From the IMG/VR virus record IMGVR_UViG_3300033802_000277: a stretch of 64,000 nt of DNA; one strand, 5' to 3'. Below the pieces are notes generated by a model that saw nothing but the letters and a program-made list of their open reading frames with translations, made no database searches and was not told where the DNA came from. A program made the translations under genes and the position numbers. How positions within the stretch are numbered: the first letter of the stretch is position 1; each line of letters opens with the position of its first letter. Source of the DNA: a virus. Shown here in pieces: positions 39,910 through 48,168 of this stretch.

Positions 39910-40053
39910 ATGCGAACAAAAAAGTGGTATCAAATTTATGGTACTGCGCCAGACGGAAAAGAATATTTATTGGCAAAGGTTAACAGTAAAGGAAATGCTT
40001 ACATTGTTGCGGAAGCTTTAAAAGCAAGTTATAAAAATGTATCTATAAAATAA
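39910..40053 (+). CDS. 47-aa hypothetical protein
   Basis: MRTKKWYQIYGTAPDGKEY..., RBS AGGAGG; below the ORF-track cutoff. Confidence 0.55.
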   Translation: MRTKKWYQIYGTAPDGKEYLLAKVNSKGNAYIVAEALKASYKNVSIK

Positions 40054-40107
40054 AAAAATAAGAATGATTTGATTTTATTTTTTAAAATAAATTATTAATA
40101 AAGGAGA

Positions 40108-40758
40108 ATGATAACTATGACCATGAAGAAAGTTTATGAGGAAGCAGTCCAAAAAATCCAAGCAGGAGGAAAATATACTTTATTTGGTTATAACAGTTTT
40201 GGTTTTCCGGTTATTATGCATACAACTATTCATAAGGCGTATATCGGATCATATGCACAATATAATCATACTTTAGTCATCGAACACCAACCAAAAAGAA
40301 AACGAACGGTTTACAAACAGCATTTGTTACCAGATGAAACGTTTATTTTATGGGAAGGATGGTTAAATATCGATAATAGCGATTTTTGGAAGACAGAAAG
40401 ACAAGAAGAAGTAACAGTCCGCAAAAGTCGTTTAGCGTTCGATAATCAATATATTAGGGAAAAATTGCAAAATGTCAAAGTTAAACCTATAGCAATCCTT
40501 GATCGTGATTATCACATTAATGTAAATAAAATTGAGTTTATTTATCAAGTAGTAACAGAAGATGGTTCGGAATACTATACGTTTGACGAGTTGTTTTCTA
40601 AATATAATTTTGTCGATTTGAACAAGCGCGGAAGAATTGAATTGCATAACCAACCTTGCATTGCTGGTCTTATCGGCCCAATGTGGGGAGGATACGAGGA
40701 CGGGAAAGCAGTAATTCGTTACGAAACACAAGAAATGTATCAATTAATGTCTAATTAA
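40108..40758 (+). CDS. Early hypothetical protein
   Basis: 216 aa with RBS AAAGGAG. Confidence 0.75.
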   Translation: MITMTMKKVYEEAVQKIQAGGKYTLFGYNSFGFPVIMHTTIHKAYIGSYAQYNHTLVIEHQPKRKRTVYKQHLLPDETFILWEGWLNIDNSDFWKTERQEEVTVRKSRLAFDNQYIREKLQNVKVKPIAILDRDYHINVNKIEFIYQVVTEDGSEYYTFDELFSKYNFVDLNKRGRIELHNQPCIAGLIGPMWGGYEDGKAVIRYETQEMYQLMSN

Positions 40759-40772
40759 ACATAAAATATATA

Positions 40773-40848
40773 ACACGTCTGGGCGTGTCTAAACAGCGCC
40801 TTAAGCCGGGAGCGTTTAGAGGCCGTTATATCAGCCTCTAAAGTGGTG
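40773..40848 (+). ncRNA. Pistol ribozyme 2
   Basis: P1 ACACG-UCUGGG-CGUGU, CUAAACAG, P2 CGCC/GGUG, UUAAG-CCGGGA-GCG, P3 UUUAGAGGC/GCCUCUAAA, scissile G40843-U40844; pseudoknot has one G-G mismatch. Confidence 0.82.
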
Positions 40849-40893
40849 ATAACAGCCAAAATATTACATAATGTTTAACAGGAGGTTGTAAAA

Positions 40894-41064
40894 ATGTCTC
40901 GCACAGTAAAAGCTATCGTCCGTATCAACGGACGCGAAACGCAAGTTGAATATTATCTGCCGCGCATGCACTTGTGGCAGACAATCGAAACGATTAAAAA
41001 GCAGGTGCAGCAGGACTATGACCTCATGCACTATGAGGTGTCATTTATTCGTTTTGTCGATTAG
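40894..41064 (+). CDS. 56-aa protein flanked by two pistol ribozymes
   Basis: MSRTVKAIVRINGRETQVEYYLPRMHLW..., RBS AGGAGG. Confidence 0.6.
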   Translation: MSRTVKAIVRINGRETQVEYYLPRMHLWQTIETIKKQVQQDYDLMHYEVSFIRFVD

Positions 41065-41135
41065 TCGTCCCGGCGACTCTAAACAGCGCCTTAAGCCGGG
41101 AGCGCCTAACCGCTTTAACAGCGGTTAGAGTGGCG
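41063..41135 (+). ncRNA. Pistol ribozyme 3
   Basis: P1 AGUCG-UCCCGG-CGACU, CUAAACAG, P2 CGCC/GGCG, UUAAG-CCGGGA-GCG, P3 CUAACCGCU/AGCGGUUAG, scissile G41130-U41131. Confidence 0.9.
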
Positions 41136-41169
41136 AACAAGACATAATATTTACATGGAGGAATGTTTC

Positions 41170-42369
41170 ATGCAAACAAAACAATACGTATTGAATCGCG
41201 AAACGGGAAAGGTTGAATTGCACTTTGAAAAATCAGAATACCAATCTTTAACAGAACAACAAAAAGCAGAATTAAAGCGGTTTTTTCTTTGGAGTCCGTC
41301 CCGTTCTGCTTGGGTGTCTAGAAGCACAAATAATCACTATATGGCTATTCGGATTGCTGAAAAATTGGGCTTTACTGATGGCGGAAAAATAGGCGAAAGA
41401 CTTTCTTTTGCCGAACAATTGGAAAGAAAAGCAGAAAAAGCGGAAGCACGTGCGGAACGTTACGAAAAATATGCAGAAAATGCAGAAAAACGCGCGGAAA
41501 TGTTGCAAGCAGAAATGAACGAGCATTTACGAAATCATGACATTGCTTTTTTCACTCAACCGATCATTGCAGGACATGCTGGTTCGGAACGGTTCGCGCG
41601 TCAACGGCAACGGATTTATGATCGTTATCATAAAGGTTTTGAAGAATATCGCAAAAGTGAATATTTCCGACAAAAAGCCATGACAGCGCAGCAAACGGCG
41701 AGTATGGCGCAATTAAAAGACAAGACATATCTTAATAACAGAATCGAGGAATGCAACGCAAACATTCGTAAATATGAAAAATTGATTGTAACAGCAGAAG
41801 AACAAAATAACGAGAAATGGTTAGAGAGTTTACTTGAAAAAATGGAGTATGAAATAGATAAGCTTGCATTTTTTCAAAATTGTTTGGATGAATTGGGAGG
41901 TATACAATACAACAAAGATAACATAAAACCCGGTTATCTCGTCAAAATTCGTGGTTATTGGGATGTTGTAGTAAAAGCAAATACAAAAACCGTCGAAGTA
42001 AAATCGTCTTATGTTCCGTATACATTGAAATATCCATATGCGGAAATTCAGGAAGTGAAAATTCCTGAAAACTGGACAGAACAAAAACAAATAATTGAAA
42101 ATCCATTCAATGTTGGCGATATCTTAGTGCGTCATAACGTTGCCGGAAATATTATAATAGCAGCTTTTAAGGTTGTAAAAGTAACAGAAAAAAGCGTAAC
42201 TATTCAGCAAATTGCCATTGAAGACGGAAAACCCATTAAAGATAAATTTATAAACGACAAGCAGGAAAGGAGGCAAATAAAAAAGAATACTAAAAACGAA
42301 TACGTCGTTAATTATGATAATTGGTATTTGTATCCTTACAAACAAAAAGAAAACGAACAAAGCGCATAA
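41170..42369 (+). CDS. DUF3560-like domain protein
   Basis: KAEARAERYEKYA...QPIIAGHAGSERFARQRQRI...KSEYFRQKA resembles DUF3560; RBS GGAGGA favours ATG 41170. Confidence 0.65.
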   Translation: MQTKQYVLNRETGKVELHFEKSEYQSLTEQQKAELKRFFLWSPSRSAWVSRSTNNHYMAIRIAEKLGFTDGGKIGERLSFAEQLERKAEKAEARAERYEKYAENAEKRAEMLQAEMNEHLRNHDIAFFTQPIIAGHAGSERFARQRQRIYDRYHKGFEEYRKSEYFRQKAMTAQQTASMAQLKDKTYLNNRIEECNANIRKYEKLIVTAEEQNNEKWLESLLEKMEYEIDKLAFFQNCLDELGGIQYNKDNIKPGYLVKIRGYWDVVVKANTKTVEVKSSYVPYTLKYPYAEIQEVKIPENWTEQKQIIENPFNVGDILVRHNVAGNIIIAAFKVVKVTEKSVTIQQIAIEDGKPIKDKFINDKQERRQIKKNTKNEYVVNYDNWYLYPYKQKENEQSA

Positions 42370-42496
42370 TAATTACAAGCTATTTAGTCCGCATAACAGG
42401 TTTAAGCTTGTTGTGCGGACAATACATTAAAAACAATATATTAATAATGTATCATTTAAAACATATTTAAATTAATAACAATGAGGAGGAATAAAA

Positions 42497-42847
42497 ATGA
42501 AAAAATATCCGATTAAAAGGGAAATTCTGGAAAATTTGCGATTTAATTCTCCGTATACTTGCGAAGAGGATGAAAGATATCCATCTGAATTTTATTTTGG
42601 AGGAAAAAGGATATATCTTTCTCTATACGTTAGCAGTTTTGGTGAAAGATGGTTCAAAGAAAAAGGAGTATCTTTGGCGATAACAATAAACGATTATGAT
42701 AAGGAGGTATTTATATCTATTTACACACATATGAAACTTTATAAAAAAATCATTAGAGAAGAAGGTTATTTAATCAATCTGATCGAAGATAAGAATTATA
42801 TCATTGATGAAAGAGAAGGGGAAACGGGAGAAATATTTTTGATTTAA
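42497..42847 (+). CDS. Hypothetical protein
   Basis: 116 aa with RBS GAGGAGG. Confidence 0.7.
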   Translation: MKKYPIKREILENLRFNSPYTCEEDERYPSEFYFGGKRIYLSLYVSSFGERWFKEKGVSLAITINDYDKEVFISIYTHMKLYKKIIREEGYLINLIEDKNYIIDEREGETGEIFLI

Positions 42848-42980
42848 AAAATAAATATTATCCTTTCCGCACTTGCGGAAAGGATAATAAACTTTTATCA
42901 TAAAGAGAATGATATTTTACAGTAAAATACTCATTTCATGGGATATAATAGATAATAATAAACCTATGGAGGGAGTTTAT

Positions 42981-43196
42981 ATGACTATGAGGATTTCAAT
43001 CAGAATCTCGTGTGATTGCGGAAATGACCATGTGTTTTATTTGAAAGAATACATTTTTAAAAGTGGCGAACGAGAGTTTTCTTTGTCGGATACATTCAGG
43101 AATAATTCAATGTTTGACGTAAGTAATGATCCTGGACTGGGTGGATCTATAGAGGTAGTATGTAAAAATTGCAAAAAGCATATAACCATTTCTTAA
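42981..43196 (+). CDS. Small Cys-containing (CxC...CxxC) protein
   Basis: ISCDCGN...VVCKNCK; RBS GGAGGGAG. Confidence 0.6.
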   Translation: MTMRISIRISCDCGNDHVFYLKEYIFKSGEREFSLSDTFRNNSMFDVSNDPGLGGSIEVVCKNCKKHITIS

Positions 43197-43314
43197 AAAA
43201 TTATATTGCACCCAATCAGATTGATTTAACACAAATTGAAAAAATTTTTTGAACTAAGTAATTTAAAAAACGTAGTCCCAATACATTTTCGGAAATATAA
43301 GGAGGAATGTTAAC

Positions 43315-44130
43315 ATGAACAAAGCAATTCAGTTGCTAAAAATTTACAAAAAAACTACAATGTATGAATTTGATTTTAAAAAATTTTATGAAGAGATAAA
43401 TCAAATTGGTCTAACTGTAATTCGTGATGAAGACTCTCCAAGAATTGAGCAAATGATTAGAATAAATCAAGGAGTAACGAAGAAATATAGTCATGAATTT
43501 AAAAATGAATGTACATGGTTTATTATTGAAACCATGGAAACATCGGATAAAAATAAACCAACTATCACAAAGCAAAGGAAAGTTGCAGAAATTAAATTTA
43601 ATTATTATTCAGAATATAATGCAATTTATAAACACAAATTAATTTTAATTGATTCTAATGTCTGGGAAATTATTATTGATGGAGGTGACGGCAATAATTT
43701 TAAATGCATGGAAATTGACGGTTACTATATAACAGATGATGGAATCTATACTGATATTGATTTCGAATATTATATGGACTTTGTAACTACAGACGGAGCT
43801 TTGTTTACATCCGTAAAACTTAGTAATAATTTAATGATTGATAGTATTCGTCATGCTGTGTTAGAAGGAGATGTAAAGAGGATTGAAACATTAGTCAAAG
43901 AAGGAAAAGACATTAACGAAAAAGACGAGCGCGGGAGAACATCGCTTATGATCGCCGCGCAACGTCTTGACTTTAAAATGATCAAGGTATTACTCCAGTT
44001 GGGAGCAGACAAAAACATAACAGACAATGAAGGGAAAATGGCACTTGACTATCTGAACAGTATGGAGAAATATGTTTCAGAAAAGAAAAGACCGATGTTT
44101 GAAGAAATTAAACAGTTAATTTCTCAATAA
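43315..44130 (+). CDS. Protein with C-terminal ankyrin repeats
   Basis: HAVLEGDVKRIETLVKEGKDINEKDERGRTSLMIAA...LLQLGADKNITDNEGKMALDY. Confidence 0.8.
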   Translation: MNKAIQLLKIYKKTTMYEFDFKKFYEEINQIGLTVIRDEDSPRIEQMIRINQGVTKKYSHEFKNECTWFIIETMETSDKNKPTITKQRKVAEIKFNYYSEYNAIYKHKLILIDSNVWEIIIDGGDGNNFKCMEIDGYYITDDGIYTDIDFEYYMDFVTTDGALFTSVKLSNNLMIDSIRHAVLEGDVKRIETLVKEGKDINEKDERGRTSLMIAAQRLDFKMIKVLLQLGADKNITDNEGKMALDYLNSMEKYVSEKKRPMFEEIKQLISQ

Positions 44131-44162
44131 AATATATTTTATCTTAAATGGAGGAATAAAAA

Positions 44163-44424
44163 ATGCAATACAAAGTTACTATTGATGTTAGTCCGTATGT
44201 TTCCGCACTCTATAATCGTTATGAAGGTGATTTGACCAAACCATATTGAAAATGCTACATTTGACTTTAAGCAACATGATATACTTACTTATGATATAGA
44301 AATCATTTTTACATGGCAATAAAAAGAAAATATTCATGTTTGGAGAAACGAAATCAAACAAGATATAGAAACAATATATAATGTCTTTGCTGGTCAATTT
44401 ATTGTTACGTCGAATGTTGTATAA
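44163..44424 (+). pseudogene. Disrupted paralog of the 39200-39529 protein
   Basis: RBS GGAGGA plus ATG, one frameshift, then IIFTWQ*KENIHVW versus VIFTWTEEENIYDW in the intact copy. Confidence 0.6.
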
Positions 44425-44521
44425 CAGCCAATTATGGGCAATAACAGTCAAGCAAACGCATAACAGCAGAGTGTAGCCGATGCACTCAAAATTAAAAAAT
44501 GAAAATAATAGGAGGAAAAAA

Positions 44522-44797
44522 ATGGCAAGAGTTAAATTAAATGAACCAGTAGACGTTGACGGAAAGATTACAACCATTGCACAATTGGACCAAGAGGGAA
44601 AAATAGAATATGAAAAAACCAAAACATGGTCCAAACGTGCGGCATCTGGCGAACGTGTTTTATATATTGCTAATATTAAGGGAACCGATTATTGGTTTGA
44701 AATTGGCCAAAAGGCGTATGAATCCCGCACAAGCAAACAAAAAAATGATACAATGGACCAGGCAGCAAAACAGGAGGAAAATACTTCTATGATTTGA
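44522..44797 (+). CDS. Hypothetical protein
   Basis: 91 aa from ATG 44522 (RBS AGGAGG). Confidence 0.65.
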   Translation: MARVKLNEPVDVDGKITTIAQLDQEGKIEYEKTKTWSKRAASGERVLYIANIKGTDYWFEIGQKAYESRTSKQKNDTMDQAAKQEENTSMI

Positions 44798-44922
44798 CTG
44801 GAAATATGTCCGAATCTTTGTTCCTAGTCTGCGAAAATGGGGAGCAGACGTTGTAAAAGCTGATATTGATAACAGAACGCCATATGAAAGATGGAAAGAA
44901 GAATAAGACGGAGGGAATTACT

Positions 44923-45387
44923 ATGAAAGTAAAAAATAAAAATCGTATTTTTAAATACTTTACTTTTTCTGTTTACAAGTACGCACCCGAATCTTTTCAA
45001 CTTTACTTTAATAACAAACTTGTTAAATTGTCCGAAGATGAACGCTATAACATGGGATATGCGGCGATTACTAAGAGAAAAGATGAAGTGCAGAAATTGA
45101 TCAAGAAATGGGTGCGTCAAAAATCAAATCTTTCTCAAGAACAAATTAAACCGATTATGGCAATTGCTTCAGATGACAATAAAGAATACTATCGTATTAA
45201 TTGTGTAGTTAATCGTTATGATATCAACGAAAAATTGAGAATTTATAAATTGATTAAAGAAGCATTCAATGCTGGACGATTTAACACAAAAATAACAAGC
45301 GCAAAATTGGACGCAAATTTTAATCCGTATGATGTTAAAGAAGTAAAACAAGAAAAGAAACTAGGAAAACGTATAGTATTTATTTAG
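44923..45387 (+). CDS. Hypothetical basic protein
   Basis: 154 aa from ATG 44923 (RBS GGAGGG). Confidence 0.65.
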   Translation: MKVKNKNRIFKYFTFSVYKYAPESFQLYFNNKLVKLSEDERYNMGYAAITKRKDEVQKLIKKWVRQKSNLSQEQIKPIMAIASDDNKEYYRINCVVNRYDINEKLRIYKLIKEAFNAGRFNTKITSAKLDANFNPYDVKEVKQEKKLGKRIVFI

Positions 45388-45400
45388 GAGGTTTTTCACT

Positions 45401-45694
45401 ATGTCAAAAACGATTATTCTACCTAACGGCGTACTGGTTCATTCCTTCCGCATTATTAGTACGCCTATAACGGTATATGAAGCTTATGAACCATCTTCTT
45501 ATACTGGTAACCATTCACGCATTCAGCGTTTCAACAATCGCGTATATGGAGCCATTAGTAGCAGACGGACAGGAAAACGGGAACATAATGCGAACGAATC
45601 TATCCAGTACATTCTAGATGCTTTTCCGCACTTAGAACAACTGGAATATGGAATAGATTTATTTATGGGCACGATTGAGACAATTAACGAATAG
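45401..45694 (+). CDS. Hypothetical protein
   Basis: 97 aa with RBS AGGAGG. Confidence 0.7.
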   Translation: MSKTIILPNGVLVHSFRIISTPITVYEAYEPSSYTGNHSRIQRFNNRVYGAISSRRTGKREHNANESIQYILDAFPHLEQLEYGIDLFMGTIETINE

Positions 45695-45697
45695 GAG

Positions 45698-46069
45698 ATG
45701 ATAAAAATGAAAATAACAGTTGAAACAAATAAAAACACATTCGGCAAGAAAGTCGGATATGTCGCTTCCTTCGGACAATTTCAGGAAACTGGAATAACTA
45801 AAGAAGAAGCAAAGCAGAACCTTATAACAGCGCTTGAATGGTATTTCAATGAGTTTGATTATCCGCATAACATAACATTTAAAGTCATTCCTGAATCTGG
45901 TGTAACTCTCTATATGCTTCGCACGTTTGAAGGATACGAAATTAGAACAGTCTGCCATGATGGACGTTATTCGATAGGAACAAGTCTGTACGGACGTTTA
46001 AGCCATAGGGAAGCGCTGGAACGTCTTAACAGTCATGTAGAAGGATATCAAACGGAAAAGACTGTATAA
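45698..46069 (+). CDS. Hypothetical protein
   Basis: ~120 aa with RBS AGGAG. Confidence 0.7.
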   Translation: MIKMKITVETNKNTFGKKVGYVASFGQFQETGITKEEAKQNLITALEWYFNEFDYPHNITFKVIPESGVTLYMLRTFEGYEIRTVCHDGRYSIGTSLYGRLSHREALERLNSHVEGYQTEKTV

Positions 46070-46155
46070 CAGCGATATATAAACAACCAATAACAGCACA
46101 CTCCCATAATATCATATGGTATTATGGGAGTGTGTAACAAAGGAGATATGATCGA

Positions 46156-46350
46156 ATGTTTATAACAGTTTATAATGATAATATCAAAGTCTTCGAAGGT
46201 ACCTTGTCGGATTTTTTATCTGACAATGACAATGATGAATGGTTAACAGACGAATGTCGTAAACTGGCAAGTGTTAATCAAATTGAATTTAATGAAATAT
46301 CCGGTCATTGGAAAATTGTAAAAACAGCAAATAACAAAAGGAGCGAATAA
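46156..46350 (+). CDS. Hypothetical protein
   Basis: 64 aa with RBS AAAGGAG. Confidence 0.6.
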   Translation: MFITVYNDNIKVFEGTLSDFLSDNDNDEWLTDECRKLASVNQIEFNEISGHWKIVKTANNKRSE

Positions 46351-46387
46351 ACATGTATAGACTTGTAACCAAAATAATAAATTAAAA

Positions 46388-46762
46388 ATGATTTATAACA
46401 GCCAACCAATGGGAGAAATGGACTATGCTACATATAGAGCATGTAAGCAACACTTAAAAGATATTTTGCGAACGGAAACGGATGAAAAAGGCGTTCCTTT
46501 ATATTATGATAGACTCATAACAGAAACGTTTCCGTCACTTGATATTCAATTTCCAAACGAATCATCATCTTGTGTAAAGTTGTCACTCCTTTTTAGGTTA
46601 CAAAAAAGCATGCATGATATTAATAAAATTGTACTAATGGCGCAACGAATTGAAAGATTTACAAGGGAAGAAGCAGCATATTGGTTGTCCAAAACTCTTT
46701 ATGATACAGAAGAACATAACAGATGGGCAGTAAAAGGGCTAAGGATTGTATTGGCTGGATAA
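46388..46762 (+). CDS. Conserved phage hypothetical protein
   Basis: 124 aa; REEAAYWLSK...NRWAVKGLRIVL. Confidence 0.65.
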   Translation: MIYNSQPMGEMDYATYRACKQHLKDILRTETDEKGVPLYYDRLITETFPSLDIQFPNESSSCVKLSLLFRLQKSMHDINKIVLMAQRIERFTREEAAYWLSKTLYDTEEHNRWAVKGLRIVLAG

Positions 46763-46875
46763 TAACATATTTAAGATCAAACGATTCTATAATAAAATGT
46801 CCATTTTACTAGAGTAATAAACAAAATATTATATATTGATATAAACATTTCCGACTATAGAAAGGAGCAAAAATA

Positions 46876-47166
46876 ATGACAGATAATCAAGTTTATAGTA
46901 TTGTACGTCAAGCATTATTTGAAACTGGTTCATGTTATTATAATACATGGTATACTATTGTCGTTAATAACAGACCAGTATTTGAAGCAGCCATAAACAA
47001 TAAAGGATTTATACATATTAGAAAACCAATCCGTAAAGTTGAGTACAAAGAGAATACATTTTTATATCAAAAATGGCGATTTAATAGCAAAAAAGAGTTA
47101 ATTGATGATGGCTTATGGGAAGGAACTAAGCCAGAAAAAGAGAATATAAAGAAAGTAAAGCTTTGA
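46876..47166 (+). CDS. Hypothetical protein
   Basis: 96 aa with RBS AAAGGAG. Confidence 0.65.
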   Translation: MTDNQVYSIVRQALFETGSCYYNTWYTIVVNNRPVFEAAINNKGFIHIRKPIRKVEYKENTFLYQKWRFNSKKELIDDGLWEGTKPEKENIKKVKL

Positions 47167-47379
47167 CACTCTTTGAATTTTATGATTTGTTTTCAAAAAG
47201 GAGATGATATCAATGAGACTTAGTTATTGGGGAGCTTATCAATTTCTTTTGGGAAAAGGTGATAACTTTGAACAACTCGACAAGATGACTAAAGACGAAT
47301 TAAAACGTTTGGCGGAAAGCTTAAGATAACAGCTAATAAAAATTTTTATTATAACCAATAACAGGAGGATTGATTTATT

Positions 47380-47586
47380 ATGAAGATTCATGAACTTATT
47401 CAATAAGCGCAAAAACGATGATTTACAAAAGTGGACGACGGTGCAGACACTTGGGATTTGGAAAACTTTGCAGAAGCTATGCAAGAAGATGAAAACGATT
47501 ATGCTTTGCATTATAACGGAAATGTGTATCGTTATAAAAGCAATGGATATGAAGAGTCGGTTCATTGTTTCCAGTTCATAAAATAA
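47380..47586 (+). pseudogene. Small gene with two in-frame stops
   Basis: RBS AGGAGG; MKIHELIQ*AQKR*FTKVDDGADTWDL...FIK* in a single frame (TAA 47404, TGA 47419). Confidence 0.6.
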
Positions 47587-47638
47587 CAGTCTAAGCGGAG
47601 CCGATCCGCTTCATTTTGTTAATTCGGGAGATAAATAA

Positions 47639-47820
47639 ATGAATCAATTATTCGGATATTATTGGGATAAAAAACAAACAATGTGACTGTATACAACAAA
47701 GAAATAGCAAAACAATTAGAATCAACCAGAAAAATAATTTGGGTTATTAGTCCAAGTATTGAAGTAGTTGCAGAAGAACTACAAAAACAAGGAGTTACAG
47801 TAACAGTTTTCAATTTCTAA
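47639..47820 (+). pseudogene. Small gene with a -1 frameshift in an A-run
   Basis: RBS GGGAG; MNQLFGYYWDKK / TNNVTVYNKEIAKQL...FNF*. Confidence 0.5.
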
Positions 47821-47904
47821 TGTGGGTGCATAACCCGCATTTTTTATGATCAATTTGTGCGATAAAAGCAGAATTTTATTATATGAACAAATGGAGTGAT
47901 AACA

Positions 47905-48078
47905 TTGGATATTAAAGAAGTTGGAAAAGCTATGTAGGATATAGAGTTTGTCCTGTTTATGCTGAAAAATGGAGATGTTTATAAACTTGATAAAGAAGAA
48001 GTAATAAATGCACATAAAAAAGCGAATCAAATTATGAAAGAATACTTATTGCCATTGGGAGCTTTTGAGGATGAGTAA
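47905..48078 (+). pseudogene. Small gene with in-frame TAG
   Basis: RBS GGAG; (M)DIKEVGKAM*DIEFVLFMLKNG...AFEDE* (TAG 47935). Confidence 0.55.
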
Positions 48079-48095
48079 TTTTTAAAAGTAAAGTA

Positions 48096-48125
48096 TTGAC
48101 ATCACATTTTTAGAAATGTTATTAT
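48096..48125 (+). promoter_or_regulatory. SigA promoter
   Basis: TTGACA-18bp-TATTAT with a TG extension. Confidence 0.6.
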
Positions 48126-48168
48126 AATAACAAATAAAAGCAAAATATTAATAACGGAGGTAATTACA

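Noticed and set aside
39540-41105. Three near-identical ~25-bp repeats (TAAACAGCGCCTTAAGCCGGGAGCG) as a CRISPR mini-array
   Set aside because: Spacing is ~1240 and ~290 bp with genes in between, no cas genes are present, and the repeat is the conserved pistol core.
42448-42463. Third parS (TGTATCATTTAAAACA)
   Set aside because: Four mismatches to consensus; kept only as a decayed copy.
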